Positions 13,858 through 13,958 of a stretch of DNA of 13,958 nt are shown here, piece by piece (the first letter of the stretch is position 1; every line of letters starts with the position of its first letter). A model generated the notes under the pieces. It was given only the letters and a program-made list of their open reading frames with translations. It was not told the DNA's origin and searched no databases. The position numbers and the translations under genes were made by a program. The stretch spans positions 1-13,958 of the IMG/VR virus record IMGVR_UViG_3300026885_000050, one strand, 5' to 3'.

Positions 13858-13958
13858 ACGCTTTTACTTTTTGACTTTTCGATTCTCTGAATTTTTCTCT
13901 TCTAGAAAATCTTTTCCGGACAATGAATAACTTTCTATACTGCTTAACGTCGAACTTC

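Noticed and set aside
12583-13895. Intergenic repeats as a CRISPR/mini-CRISPR array or IS ends
   Set aside because: Units are about 158 bp, imperfect and separated by whole genes. No 24-40 bp identical repeats with regular spacers, no transposase or integrase, no terminal inverted repeats.
13860-13958. Genome terminus / inverted terminal repeat with hairpin
   Set aside because: No terminal hairpin or short tandem terminal repeats visible, and an ITR cannot be assessed without the other genome end.

Overview
Very AT-rich, gene-dense segment that reads as the right-hand part of a rudivirus genome (Rudiviridae, SIRV1/SIRV2-like virus of Sulfolobales). Homolog names are from my recall of SIRV proteins and gene order, not from a database search. 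Left (1-5465): conserved core block with the 3' end of a large structural/fibre gene, a virion protein ending in a 20-aa repeat solenoid, an FkbM-like SAM methyltransferase, a conserved ORF309-like gene and two glycosyltransferases. Middle (5451-9948): an APC-type permease coupled to a Cys-free TGT/DpdA-like transglycosylase, several hypotheticals and a winged-helix regulator. Right (9964-13958): a minus-strand accessory/anti-defence region with two diverged AcrIIIB1-like paralogs in a five-gene operon, three paralogous CxxC/D...CxH small proteins and a SIRV Gp1/ORF56a-type HTH protein. The rightmost genes sit in single-gene cassettes separated by a repeated ~158-bp terminator+promoter module. 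Two ORFs missing from the supplied track were found: a 38-aa ORF (4282-4398) and a promoter-backed 64-codon membrane-protein gene with an in-frame TGA (9964-10158). Nine promoters share a TATA-GTCAT signature, and the three cassette promoters are a different class.
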